Assembly (NCBI RefSeq): GCF_009914755.1
Contig: NC_060939.1
DNA length: 64,000 nucleotides
Reading direction: 5' to 3' (one strand)
DNA from: the human T2T-CHM13v2.0 reference genome, Homo sapiens
Shown: positions 24,090-41,600 of the stretch, piece after piece
Layout: each line of letters starts with the position of its first letter
How positions within the stretch are numbered: position 1 is the stretch's first letter
The notes under the pieces: generated by a model
The model's input: only the letters and a program-made list of their open reading frames with translations
What the model was told of the DNA's origin: nothing
Database searches by the model: none
Program-made: the position numbers and the translations under genes

Positions 24090-24383
24090 GACCGGGAGCG
24101 GTGGCTCACGCCTGTAATCCCAGCACTTTGGGAGGCCGAGGCAGGTGGATCACGAGGTCAGGAGATCAAGACCATCCTGGCTAACACAGTGAAACCCCGT
24201 TTCTACTAAAAATACAGAAAATTAGCTGCGCGTGATGGCAGGCGCCTGTAGTCCCAGCTACTTCGGAGACTGAGGCAGGATAATGGTGTGAACTCGGGAG
24301 GCAGAGCTTGCAGTGAGCCAAGGTAGTGCCACTGCACTCCAGCCTGGGCAACAGAGCGAGACTCCATGTCAAAAAAAAAAAAA
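24090..24383 (+). mobile_element. Alu (AluY-like), flanked by aaaaatgaga-like direct repeats
   Basis: gatcacgaggtcaggagatcaagaccatcctggctaacac and gagcttgcagtgagcc are AluY-type diagnostics. Confidence 0.9.
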
Positions 24384-24448
24384 ATGAGATGACCATTTCA
24401 CCTAAAATATACCCTCTTAAGTTTTTTTTTACGTGTACAATACAGGAC

Positions 24449-27691
<3,243 letters not shown>

Positions 27692-27699
27692 TCTTTTGA

Positions 27700-29430
27700 T
27701 AGGCTCTGACAATCTCTATCTTTGAATTGGTACATTCATACTATTAACATTCAAAGTGATTATTGATATCATTGGATTAATATATATTATATTTGTTACT
27801 GTTTTCTATTCATTCTCCTCAGTCTTCATTCTTTTGTCTACCACTCTTTTTCTGCCTTTTGCAGTTTTCATTGATGATTTTAGATGACTACATTTTCAGT
27901 CTTTTTTAGCATGTACTTCTCTTTTTAAAATTTTTTTTAACTATTTGCCACAGAATTTGCAATATACATTTACAACAAATTCAAGTTCACTTTCAAATAA
28001 CACTATCCCACTATCCCACAAATAGGACTACCTGCTTAACAAACAAAACACCTAATTCCTCAATATACATTTACAACCAATTCAAGTCCACTTTCAGATA
28101 ACACTATCCCACTTCACGGGTGACTACCTGCTTAACAAAGAAAACACCTGATTCCTCCCTCCCATCCTTGCATTCCATTCCTTGTATTATTGTTCCTTAT
28201 TTCACTTGTGTATAAGCATACATAATCTATCTGTGTGTATTTATTGTTATCTACAAACTTATTGGTCAGATCAATTATGAATAAATACATGTTTTTATCT
28301 TACCACAATTCCTCCCTCCCATCCTTCCATTGCATTCCTTGTATTAGTGTTACTCATTTCACTTGTGTATAAGCATACATAATCTATCTGTGTGTATTTG
28401 TTATTGTCTGTGAACTTCTTGGTCAGATCAATTAAGAATAAATATATAGGTTTTTATTGTACCGCAATTCTTTCTTTAATGATCTTTTTAAAAAATTGTT
28501 GATCCAAGTTTCAGTTAAATATCTTTTGTTTCCCTCTAAAGAATTTCATTTAACATTTCTTGCAAGACAGGTCTCCTGGCAACAAGTTTCTTGAATTTTT
28601 ATTTTTCTGAGGAAGGCCTTAATTCTCCTTCACTTTTGAAGGGTGGTTTCAGTGTGTACAGAAACTTAGGTTGGTGGGGTTTTTTCTGTCAATATTTTCA
28701 ATTTTTCATTTCACTGTCTTCTTGCTTTCACAATTTCTGCAATGTTGAATGCCGTTCTTATCTTTGTGTCTCTGTAGGTAAGGTGTTTTCTGCCCCACCT
28801 CTGGTTTCTTTCAGAGTTTTCCTTTATCTTTTATTTCATATAGTTTGAAAATTATATGTCCAAGTGTAGGTTGTTGGCATTTATTCTGCATGGTGGTCTC
28901 GGAGCTTCCTGGATTTTTGGTTTGGTGTTTGACATTAATACTGGAAGTTCTCAGACATGGTAGTTGCAGAACTTTCTTCTATTTCTTCTCCTCCTGGTAT
29001 TCTCATTACTCTGTTTCACCTTTTGTAGTTGTCCCACAGTCTTGGATATCATCTTCTGTTCTTTTCAGTGTTTCTTTTCTTTAGTTTTTGAAGTTTCTGA
29101 TGATAAATCCTCAAGCTCAGAGACTCTTTACTCAGCTGAGTCCAGTCTACTAATAAGCCATCAGAGGTATTCTTCAGTTATTTACCACATTTTTTATCAC
29201 TACATTATGTTGAAGGTTCTTACGATGTCTGTCTTTCTGATTACATTACCCATCTACACTTGAATGCTGTCTACTTCATTCATTAGAGCCCTTAACATAT
29301 TCTCCAGAGGTTTAAAAAAAATCCAAAATCATATTTTTGTCTGCTTCTGAAGCTTGCTCTGTTGACACAAATTGTATTTTTTTCTTTTTTTGGACTTTAG
29401 TATGCCTTGCAATTTGTTCCCTTTATTCTC
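27700..29430 (-). mobile_element. Old L1M fragment with small internal tandem duplications (27961/28062; 28151/28308)
   Basis: T-rich antisense L1-like sequence (tttaacatttcttgcaagacaggtctcctggcaacaa, tctccttcacttttgaag). Duplications seen directly. Confidence 0.6.
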
Positions 29431-29511
29431 ATGCATGAAGTACCCACGAAAAGAGACTGCTGTTAGTATAGCTTCAGTAATGTGGTGATGAGGTGACAGG
29501 GCAGCTGATGC

Positions 29512-29648
29512 TCTCTTAGTCTCTTTAGGCTACTATAACAAAATACTTTAGACTGAGTAATTCATAAACAACAGAGATTATTGCTCACAGATCTGGAGGC
29601 TGGAAAGTCCAAGACTAAAGGGCCAGGATATTTGGTGTTTGGTGAAGG
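29512..29648 (-). mobile_element. MaLR LTR fragment (MST/MLT1A-like) truncated by the CER array
   Basis: tcttagtc...gctactataacaaaatac...attgctcacagatctggaggctggaaagtccaaga, then an abrupt switch to CER. Confidence 0.75.
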
Positions 29649-32600
29649 TCAAACATTCAGACACTTGCAACGACTATAGTGACAGCAGCAGTCTTCAGAA
29701 ATCCTATGTGAGGGACAAACACTCAGAAGCCAGCTGGAGTGTTCTAGAATCCTATGTGAGGGAAAAACATTCAGACCCCAGCAGTAGTGTTGTGGAATCC
29801 TATGTGAGGGAAGAACATTCAAACCCTCGTAGCAGTGTTCTGGAATCCTATGTGAGGGAAAAAAATTCAGAACCTCGTAGCAGTGTTCTGGAATCCTATG
29901 TGAGGGAAAAAAATTCAGAACCTCGTAGCAGTGTTCTGGAATCCTATGTGAGGAACAATCAGACCACATCAGGAATGTTCTGGAATCCTATGTGAGGGAC
30001 AAACATTCAGAGTACAGCAGGAGTGTTCTGGAATCCTATGTGTGGGACAAACATTCAGACCACAGCAGGAGTGCTCTGCAATCCTATGTGAGGGACAAAC
30101 ATTTCAAAACCTCGTAGCAGTGTGCTGGAATGTTATGTCAGGGACAGACATTTAGACCCTCACAGCAGTGTTCTGGAATCCCATCTGCGGGACAAACATT
30201 CAGACACTCGCAGCAGTGTTCTGGAATTCTATGTGAGGGACAGACATTCAAACCCCAACAGCAGTGTTCTGGAATCCTATGTGAGGGACAAACTTTCAGA
30301 CCCTCGTAGCAGTGTTCTGGAATCCTATCTGAGGGACAAACATTCAGACCCTCATAGCACTGTACTGGAATACTATGTGAGGGACAAACATTCAGACCAT
30401 GGCAGTTCCGAAATGCTATGTGAAGGACAAACATTCAGACCTTCGTAGCAGTGTTCTGGAATCCTATGTGAGGGACAAGCATTCAGAACCTCGTAGCAGT
30501 GTCCTGGAATCTTATGTGAGGGAGAGACATTTAGACCCTCGCAGCTGTGTTCTGGTATCCCATGTGAGAGACAAACATTCAGACCCTCCCAGCCGTGTTC
30601 TGGAATTCTATGTGAGGGAAAGACATTCAAACCCCAGCAGCAGTGTTCTGGAATCCGATTTGAGGGGCAGACATTCAGACCCCAGCAGCAGTGTTCTGGA
30701 ATCCTATGTGAGGGACAAACATTCAGACCCCAGCAGCAGTGTTCTGGAATCCTATGTGAAGGAAAAATATTAAGACCCTCGTAGCAGTGTCCTGGAATCA
30801 TATGGAAGGGACAACCATTCAGACACCAGCAGAAGTCTTCTGGAATCCTAGGTGTGGGAAAAACATTCAGAACCTAGTAGCAGTGTTCTGGAATCCTATG
30901 TGAGGGACATACATTCAGACCACGGCAGCAGTGTTCTGGAATGGTATGTGAAGGACAAACATTCAGACCCTTGCAACAGTGTTCTGGAATACTAGGTGAG
31001 GGAGAATTATTTATACCCTCGTAGCAGTGTTCTGTAATCCTATGTGAGGGACAAACATTCAGACCCCAGGAGCAGTGCTCTGAAATCCTAAGTTAAGGGA
31101 AACATTGAGACCCCAGCACGAATGTTCTGGAATCCTATGTGAGGGACAAACATTCAGACCACGGCAGGAGTGTTCTGGAATCCTATGTGAGGAACAAACA
31201 TTCAGACCTCAGCAGGAGTGTTCTGGTATCCTATATGAGGGATAAGCATTTAGACCCTCGTAGCAGTGTTCTGGAATCCTATGTGAGGGAGAAGCATTCA
31301 GAGCACAGCAGGAGTGCTCTGGAATCCCATGTTAGGGACAAACATTCAGAACCTGGTACCATTGTGCTGGAAACCTATGTGAGGGACAGACATTTAGACC
31401 CTCGCAGCAGTGTTCTGGAATCCCATGTGAGGGACAAACATTCAGATCCTCGCAGCAGTGTTCTGGAATACTATGTGAGTGACAAACATTCAGACTCCAG
31501 CAGCAGTGCTCTGTATTCCTATGTGAAGGACAAACATTCAGAACCCAGGAGCAGTGTTTTGAAATCATATGTTAAGGGCAAACATACAGACCCTAGCATC
31601 AATGTTCTAGAATCCTATGTGAGGGACATACATTCAGACCCTTGCAGCAGTGTTCTGGAATCCCAGATGGGGGACAAACATTCAGACAATGGCAGCAGTG
31701 TTCTGGAATCCTATGTGAGGCACAAACACTCAGAGCCTCGTAGTGATGTTCTGGAATCCTATGTGAGGAACAAACAATCAGACCACAGCAAGAGTGTTCT
31801 GGAATCCTTTGTTAGGGACAAACATTCAGATCACAGCAGCAGAGTTCTGGAATCCTATGTGAAGGACAAACATTCAGACCCTGGTAGCAATGTTCTGGAA
31901 TCCTAAGTGAGGGACAAACTTTCAGACAACAGCAAGAGTGTTCTGGAATCCAATGTGAGGGACAAACATTCAGACCCTCGTAGTAATTTTCTGGAACCCT
32001 AAGTGAGGGACAAACATTCAGACCCTCTTAGCAGTGTTCTGGAATCCTATATAAGGGACAAAGATTCAGACCCTCTTAGCAGTTTTCTGGAATTCTATAT
32101 GAGAGGGAGAAAGATTCAGACCCTTGTAGCAGTGTTCTGGAATCCTGTGTGAGGGACAAACATTCAGACCACAGAAGGACTCTTCTGGAATCCTCTGTGG
32201 GGAACAAACATTCAGATCCTCATGGCAGTGTTCTAGAATCCTATGTGATGAACAAACATTTAGAACTCCGCAGGAGTTTTCTGTAATCCTATGTGAGGGA
32301 CAAACATTCAGACCCTCATAGCAGTGTTCTGGAATCCTGTGTGAAGGATAAATATTGAGAATCCAGCAGAAGTGTTCTGGAATCCCAAGTGGAGGAACAA
32401 ATATCCAAAAAACAGCGGGAGTGTTCAGGAATCCTATTTTATGTACCAACATTCAGATCTCGTCGCAGTGTTGTGGAGTTATATGTGAGGGAGAAACACT
32501 CAGAAACCAGCAAGAGTGTTCTGGAACCCTATGTGAGGGACAAACATTCAGACCACAGCAGGATTATTCTGGAATCCTATATGAGGGACAAACATTGAGA

Positions 32601-35600
32601 CTACAGCAGGAGTGTTTTGGAATCCTATGTGAAGGACAGACATTCACACCCTCGAAGCAGTGTTCAGGAATTCTATGTGAGGGAAAAACATGGAGACCAC
32701 AGCAGGAGTGTCCTGGAAACCATTCAGGGGAGCAAATATTCATAACCCCGTAGCAGTGTTCTGGAATCGTATGTGACGGACAAATATTTAGAGTCCAGCC
32801 TCTGTGTTCTGTAATCCTATATGAGGGACAAACATTCAGACCCTCATAGAAGTGTTCTGGAATCCTATGTGAAGGACAAACACTCAGAACCCAGCAGTAG
32901 TGTTATGAAACCCTTTGTGAGGGACAAATATTCAGACAACAGCAGGATTGTTCTGGAATCCTATGTTAGGGACCAACACTCAGATTACAGCAGGAGTGTT
33001 TTGGAATCCTATGTGAGGGACAAACATTCAGACCATTGTAGCAGTGTTGTGGAATCCTATGTGAGTGACAAACATTCAGACAATCGTAGCAATGTTCTGG
33101 AATACTATATGAGGGACAAAATTTCAGACCCCAGCAGCAGTGTTCTGGAATTCTATGTGAGGGACAAACATTCAAACAACAACAAGACTGTTTTGCAACC
33201 CTTTGATACAGACAAACATTCAGAACCTGGTCGCATTGTTCTGGAATTCTGTGTGAGGAAGAAACATTGAGAACCCAGCAGAAGTGTTCTGGAATCCTAT
33301 GTGACGGACATACTTGTAGACTCCAGCAGCAGTGTTCTGGAATCCTATGTGAGGGACAACGATTCAGACCCCAGCAGCAGTGTTCTGGAATGCTATGTGA
33401 GGGACAATCATTCAGACCCTCATAGCAGTGTTCTAGAATTCCTTATGAGGGACAAACTTTCACAACCTCATAGCAGTGTTCTGGAATCCTATGTGAGGGA
33501 CAAACATTCAGATCAAGTCAGGAGTGCTCTTGAATCCCCTGTGTGGAACAAACATTCAGACACTCCTAGCAGTGTTCTGGAATCCTATGTGAGGGAAAAT
33601 CATTCAAACAAGAGCGGAAGTGTTCTAGAATCCTGTTATGCACAAATATTCAGGCGCTTGTCACATTTTTCTGGAATTCTATGTGAGGGAGAAACAATGA
33701 GTACCCAGCAGCATTGTTCTGGAATGCTCTGTGATGGACAAACACTCAGAACCCAGCAGCAGTGTTCTGGAGCCCTATGTGAGGGACAAACAATCAGACC
33801 ACAGCAGGATTGTTCTGGAATCATATGTGAGGGAGAAACACTCAGAAAACAGCATTAGTGTTTTGCAATCCTATGGGAGGGACAACATTCACACCCTTGT
33901 AGCAGAGTTCTGGAATCCTGTGTGAGGGACAAACATTCAGACCACTGCAGGATTGTTCAGGAATCCTATCTGAGGGACAAACATGCAGACCCTCACAGCA
34001 GTGTTCTGGAATCCTATATGAGGAATAAGCATTCAGACCATCGTAGCAGTGTTCTGGAATTCTGTGTGAGAGACAAACATTCAGACCCAAGAAGCAGTAT
34101 TCTGCAATCCTACGTGAGAGAAAAACATTCTAACAACAGCTGGAGTGTTCTGGAATCCTATGTTACGGACAAACATTAGACACCCGTCGCAGTCTTCTGC
34201 AAATCTATATGAGGGAGAAACACTCAGAACCCAGCAGTAGTGTTCTGGAATCCTATGTGATTGACATACATGTAGACCCAGCAGTAGTGTTCTGGAATCC
34301 TATGGGAAGGAAAAACATTCAGACCCCAGCAGCAGTGTTCTGCAATCCTATGGGAGGGACAATCATTCAGACCCTCGTAGCAGTGTTCAGGAATTCTGTG
34401 TGAGAATCAAACCTTCAGACCCTCATAGCAGTGTTCTGGAATCATATGTGAGGAACAAACATTCAGACCCTCATAGGAGTGTTCTGGAATCCTGTGTGAG
34501 GGACAATCATTCAGACCCTCGTCACAGTGTTCTGTAATTCTATGTGAGGGAGAAACACTCACAACCCAGCAGCAGTATTCTGTAATCCTATGTGACGGAC
34601 ATACATGTAGGCCCCAGCAGCAGTGTTCTGGAATCCTATGTGAAGCACAAACATTGAGACCAAAGCAGCAGTGTTCTGGAATCCTATCTGAGGGAAAATC
34701 ATTCGGACCCTCGTAGTAGTGTTCCGGAATTCTCTGAGGGAAAAACATTCAGACCCTCATAGGAGAGTTCTGGAATCCTGTTTGATCAACAAACATTCAG
34801 ACCACAGCAAGAGTGTGCTGGAATCACCTGTGAAGAACAAACATTCATACCCTTAAAGCAGTGTTTAGGAATCATATGTGACGGACAAACATTTGGACCC
34901 CAGCAGCAGTGTTCTGAAATCTTATGTGAGGGAAAAACATTCAGAACCTCCTAGCAGTGTTATGGAATCCTATGTAAGGTACAAACATTCAGCCCACAGC
35001 AGGAGTGTTCTGGAATCCTATGTGAGGGACAAACATTCAGACTATCGTAACAGTGTTCTGGAATCCTTTATGAGGGACAAACATTTGGACACTCGTAGCA
35101 GTGTTCTACAATTCTATGTGAGGGAAAAACATTCAGACAATCATAGAAGTGTTCTGGAATCACACGTGAGGGACAAACATCCAGACTCTTGTAGCAGGGT
35201 TCTGGAATCCTATGTGAGGACAAACAATCAAGCTAGGAGCAGTATTCTGGAATCCTAAGTGACGGACATATATATAGACCCCAGCAGCATTGTTTTGGAA
35301 TCCCATGTGAGGAACAAACATTCAGACCCTCGCAGCAGTGTTCCGGAATCGTATGTGACAGACAAAAATTCAGACCCTCGTAACAGTGTTCTCCAATTCT
35401 ACGTGAGGGACAAACATTCAGACAATCGTAGCAGTGTTCTGGAATCCTATGTGAGGGTCAAACATTCAGACCCCAGCAGCAGTGTTCTGGAATCCTATGT
35501 GAGGGACAAGCATTCAAACAACAGCGAGAGTGCTCTGGAGTCCTATGTTACGGACAAACATTCAGACGCTCCACGCACTGTGCTGGAATTCTATGTGAGG

Positions 35601-38600
35601 GAGAAACACTGAGAACCCAGTACCTGTGTTCTCAAACCCTATGTAAGGGACAAACATTAAGACCACAGCAGGACTGTTCTGGAATCCTATGTGAGGGACA
35701 ATCACACAGATCAAAGCAGAAGTGTTTTGGAATCTTATGTGAGGGACAAACATTCATATCCTCATAGCAGTGTTCTGGAATCCTATTTACGGACAAACAT
35801 TCAGACTCTCGTCGCAGTGTTCTTTATTTCTACGTGAGGAAGTAACACTCAGAACCGAGTAGCAGTGTCATGGAATCCTATGTGATAGACATGAATGTGA
35901 ACCCCTGCAGCAGTGTTCTGGAATCCTGTGTGAGGGACAAACATTCAGAAACCAGCAGCAGTGTTAGGGAATCCTATGTGAGAGACAATCATTCAGACCC
36001 TCGTAGCAGTGATCTGGAATTCTGTTTGAGGGACCAACATTCAGAACCCAGTAGCAGTGTTCTGGAATCCTGTGTGAGGGACAAACATTCAGACACCAGC
36101 AGCAAAGTTCTCGAAACCTATGAGAGGGCCAATCTTTCAGACACTTGTAGCAGTGTTCTGGAATTCTTTGTTAGGGACAAACATTGAGACCTGCGTAGCA
36201 TTGTTCTGGATTCCTGCAGGAGGGACATTCAGACCACAGCAGGAGTGTTCTGGAATCCACTGTGAAGAACAAACATTCAGACCCTCTTAGCAATGTTCTG
36301 GAATCCTATGTAATAGATAAATATTTATATCCGACGAGCAGTGTTCTGAAATCCTAGGTGAGGGACAAACATTCAGAACCTCGTAGCAATGTTCTGGAAT
36401 CCTATGTGAGGGACAAACATTCAGACCCCAGCAGCAGTGTTCCTGCGTCCTATGTGAGGGACAAACATTCAAACAACAGAGGGAGTGTTTTGGAATCCTA
36501 TGTTACCCACAAACATTCAGACCCTCGTCACAGTGTTCTGGAATTCTATGTGAGGCAGAAACACTCAGAACTCTGCAGCAATGTTCTGGAATCCTATCTG
36601 AAGGACATACATGTAGACCCCAGCAGCAGTGTTATGGAATCCCATTTGAAGGACAAACATTGAAACCCTCACAGCACTGTTCTGGAATCCTATGTGAGGG
36701 ACAAACCTTCAGACCCCAGCAGCAGCGTTCTGGAATCCCATGTGAGGGCCAAACATTCAAACAACAGTGGGAGTGTTCTCGATTCTTTTGTTACGGACAA
36801 ACATTCAGACCCTTGTCGCAGTGTTGTGGAATTCTATGTGAGGGAGAAACACTCAGAACCCAGCAGTAGTGTTCTGGAATCCTATGTGACGGACATACAT
36901 GTAGTACCCAGCAGCAGTGTCCTAGAATCCCATGTGAGGGACAAACATTCAGACCCCAGCAGTAGTGTTCTGGAATCCTATGTGAAGGACAATCATTCAG
37001 ACCCTTGTTGCAATGTACTGGAATTCTGTGTGTGGGACAAACATTCAAACACTCATAGCAGTGTTCTGTAATCCTGTGTGAGGGAGAAAATTTCAGACCA
37101 CAGCACGAGAGTTCTGGAATCCTATGTGAGTGACAAACATTCAGACAATCTCAGCAGTGTTCTGGAATCCTATGTGAGGGACAAACATTCAGACCACATC
37201 AAGAGTGTTCTGGAATCCTATGTGAGGGATAATCATTCAGAACCTCATAGCCGTGTTCTGGAATGCTGTGTGAGGGACAAACATTCAGACCACAGCAGTA
37301 CTCTTCTGGAATCCGCTGTGAGGAACAAACATTCAGGCCCTCGTAGCAGTGTTCTAGAATGCTGTGTGAGGGACAAACATTCAGACTACAGCAGGACACT
37401 TCTGGAATCCCCTGTGAAGAAAAAACCTTCAAACCCCAGCAGCAGTGTTCTGGAATCCTATGTGAGGGACAATCATTCAGACCCTTGTAGCAGGGTTCTG
37501 GAATTCTCTGAGAGGGACAAACATTCAGACCCTCATAGCAGTGTTCTGGAATCCTGTGTGAGGGACAAACATTCAGACCCCAGCAGCAGTGTTCTGGAGT
37601 CTTAAGTGAGGAACTAACATTCAAACAACAGCGGGAGTGTTCACGAATCATATTTTACGGACAAATATTAGAACCCTCATCACAGTATTGTAGGATTATA
37701 TGTGAAGGAGAAACATTCAGAAAACAGCAGCAGTGTTCTGGAACCCTATATGAGGAACAAACATTCAGATCACAGCAGGATTGTTCTGGAATCCTATGTG
37801 AGGGACAAACACTCAAAACACAGCAGGAGTGTTTTGGAATCCTACCTGAGGGACAAATATTCAGACCCTCGCAGCAGTGTTCAGGAATCCTATGTGAGGG
37901 ATAAACATTCAGACAGTCGTAGAAGTGTTCTGGAATCCTATGTGAGGGACATACACTCACACCCATGAAGCAGTGTTCTGGAATCCTATGTGAGGAACAG
38001 ACATTTAAACAACAGCGGGACTGTTCTGGAATCCTATGTTATAGACAAACATTCAGACGATTGTAACAGTGTTCTGGAATTCTATGTGAGGGAGAAACAC
38101 TTAGAACCCTTCAGCATTGTTCTGGAATCCAATCTGAGGCACAAACATTCAGACCCTGGAAGCAGTGTTCTGGAATTCTATGTGTGGGACAAATATTCAG
38201 ACCCCAGCAGCAGTTTTCTGGAATCTTATGTGAGGGACAAACATTCAGACCCTCGTAGCAGTGTTCTTCAATTCTGTGTGAGGGACACACATTAAGACAC
38301 TCGTAGAAGTGTTCTGGAATCCTTTTTGAAGGACATACTTTCAGACCACAGAAGGACTCTTCTGGAAAGCCCTGTGGGAAACAAACATTGGGAACCTCAT
38401 AGGAGTGTTTTGCAAAACTATGTAAGGTGCAAACATTAAGACCCCAACAGCGGTGTGCTGGAATCCAATGTGAAGTAGAAACATTCAGAACCTCGTGGCA
38501 GTGTTCTGGAATCCTACAGGAGGTACAAAGATTCAGACCACAGCAGGATTGTTCTGTTAATCTTACATCAGGGAGAAACTGTCAGAACACAACATTAGTG

Positions 38601-41600
38601 TTCTGGAATGCTATGTGATGGACAAACATTTAGACACCAGCAGCAGTGTTCTGGAATCCTAGGTTTGGGACAAACACTGAGAACCTCCCAGCAGTGTTCT
38701 GGGACCATATGAGAGGAACAAACGTTGAGACCCTCGTCGCAGTCTTCTGGAATTCTATGCGAGGGAGAAACACTCAGAACCCAGGGGCAGGGTTCTGTAA
38801 TCCTATGTGAGGGACAAACATTCAGACCTCAGCAGCGGTGTCTGGAATGCTACGTGAAGGAAAATCATTCAGACCCTCATAGCAGTGTTCTGGAATTCTG
38901 TGTGAGGGACAAAAATTCAGATCCTCACAGCAGTGTTCTGGAATCCTGTGTGAGGGACAAACATTGACAACACAACAGGATTGTTCTGGAATCCCCTGTA
39001 AGTACCAAACATTCAGAACCTCGTGGCAGTGTTCTGGAATCCTATGTGACGGACAAACACTTAGACCCCAACAGCAGTGTTCTGGAATGCTATGTGAGGG
39101 ACAAACATTCAGACCCTTCCGGTAGTGTTATGAAATCCTATGTGAGGGAAAAACACTCAGAACCCAGCAGCAGTGTTCTGGAACCCTATGTGAGGGAAAA
39201 ACTTTCAGACCACAGCAGGATTGTTCTGGAATCCTGTGTAGGGGATAAACACTCAGAGCATGGCAGGAGTGTTTTGGAATCCTATGTGAGGGACAAACAT
39301 TCAGACCCTAGTTGCAGTGTTCTGGAATCCAATGTGAGGGACAAACATTCAAACAACAGGGGTAGTTTTCCGTAATCCTATGTTACAGACAAACATTTAG
39401 ACCCTCGTTGCAGTATTCAGGAATTCTAAGTTAGGGAAAAACATTCAGAACCTCATAGCACTGCTCTGGAATCCTATGTGAGTGACAAACATTCAGGCAA
39501 TCATAATAGTGTTCTGGAATCCTCTGTGAGGGACAAACATCCAGACACTTGTAGAGGATTGTTCTGGAATCCTATATGAGGGACAAACATTCAGACAATC
39601 GTAACAGTGTTCTGGAATCCTATGGGAGGGACAAAAACTCCGCCCCCAGTAGCAGTGCACTGGAATCCTATGTGAGGGACAAACATTCAAACAACAGCAA
39701 GAGTGTTCTGGGATGCTACGTTACAGAGAAACATTATGACCCTCGCCGCAGTGTTCTGGAATTCTATGTGAGGGAGAAACATACAGAACCCAGCAGCAGT
39801 GATCTGGAATCCTATGTGACAGCCATACATGTAGACCCCAGCAGCAGTGTTCTGGAATCCTACGTGAGGGACAAACATTCAGACCCTAGCAGCAGTGTTT
39901 TGGAATCCTATGTGTGTGACATATATTCAGACCCTTGTAGCAGTGTTCTGGAATCCTATGTGAGGGACAAACACTGAGAATCTAGCAACAGTGTTCTGCA
40001 ACCCTATGTGAGGGACAGACCTTCAGACCACAGCAGGAGTGTTCTGGAATCCTATGTGAGGGACAATCACTCAGACAATCGTAGCAGTGTTGGGGAATCC
40101 TAAGTGAGGGACGAAAATTCAGACCATCGTATCACTGTTCTGGATCCGAAGTGAGGGATAAATATTCAGACCACAGCAGAGTGTTCTGGAATCCACAGTG
40201 AAGGACAAACTTTCAGACCTTCTTTGCAGTGTTCTGGAATCCTACAGAGTGACAAACATTCAGACAATCGTAACAGTGTTCTGGAATCCTGTGTGAAGGA
40301 AAAACCTTCAGACTCAAGCAGCAGTGTTCTGGAATTCTATGTGAGAAACAAACATTCAAACAACAGCGGGAGTCTTCTGCAATCCTATGTTACGGACAAA
40401 CATTCAGACCCTCGTCGCAGTCTTCTGGAGTTCTATGTGAGGGAGGAAGACTCAGAATCCTGCAGCATTGTTCTGGAATCCCATGTGACAGACATACATG
40501 TAGAGCCCTGCAGCCATCTTCTGGAATCCTACGTGAGAGACAAACATTCAGAACCCAGCAACAGTGTTCTGGAGTCCCATGTGAGGGACAATCATTCAGA
40601 CCATTATAGCAGTGTTCTGGAATTCTGTGTGAGGGACAAACATTCTGACCCTTGTAGCTGTGTTCTGGAATCCTGTGTGAGGGACAAACATTCAGAACAC
40701 AGCAGGAGGTTTCTGGAATCCCCTGTGAGGAGCAAATATTCAGAACCTCGTATCAGTGTTCTGGAATCCTATGTGATGGACGTACCTGTAGACCCCAGCA
40801 ACAATGTTCTGGAATCCTACGTGAGGGACAAACATTCAGATCACAGCAGGAGGTTTCTGGAATCCCCTGTGAAGAGCAAATATTCAGAACCTCGTATCAG
40901 TGTTCTGGAATCCTATATGATGGACATACCTGTAGACCCCAGCAGCAGTGTTCTGGAATCCTACGTGAGGGACAATCATTCAAACCCTCATAGCAGTGTT
41001 CTGGAATCCTATGTGATGGACAAACATTTAGATGCCAGCAGCAGTATTCTGGAATCCTAGGTTTGGGACAAACACTGAGAACCTACTAGCAGTGTTCTGG
41101 AACCATATGAGAGGGACCAACGTTGAGACCCTCATAGGAGTGTTCTGGAATCCTGTGTGATGGATAAATATTCACAACACAAGAGGAGTGTTCTGGAATC
41201 CCCAGTAAGGAACAAACATTCAGAACCTCGTGGCAGTGTTCTGGAATCCTATGTGAAGGACAAACGTTCAAACCACAGCGAGAGTGTTCCGGAATACTAC
41301 TTTATGGAGAAACATTCAGACTCTTGTCGCAGTGTTCTGGAATTCTATGTGAGGGAGATACATTCAGAACCCAGCAGCAGTGATCTGGAATCCTATGTGA
41401 CAGCCATACATGTAGACCCCAGCAGCAGTGTTCTGGAATCCTGTGTGAGGGACAAACACTGAGACCCCAGCAGCAGTGTTTTGGAATCCTGTGTGTATGA
41501 CAAATATTCAGACCCTTGTAGCAGTGTTCCAGAATCCTAGTGAGGGACAAACACTGACAATCTAGAAACAGTGTTCTGCAACCCTATAAGAGGGACAGAC

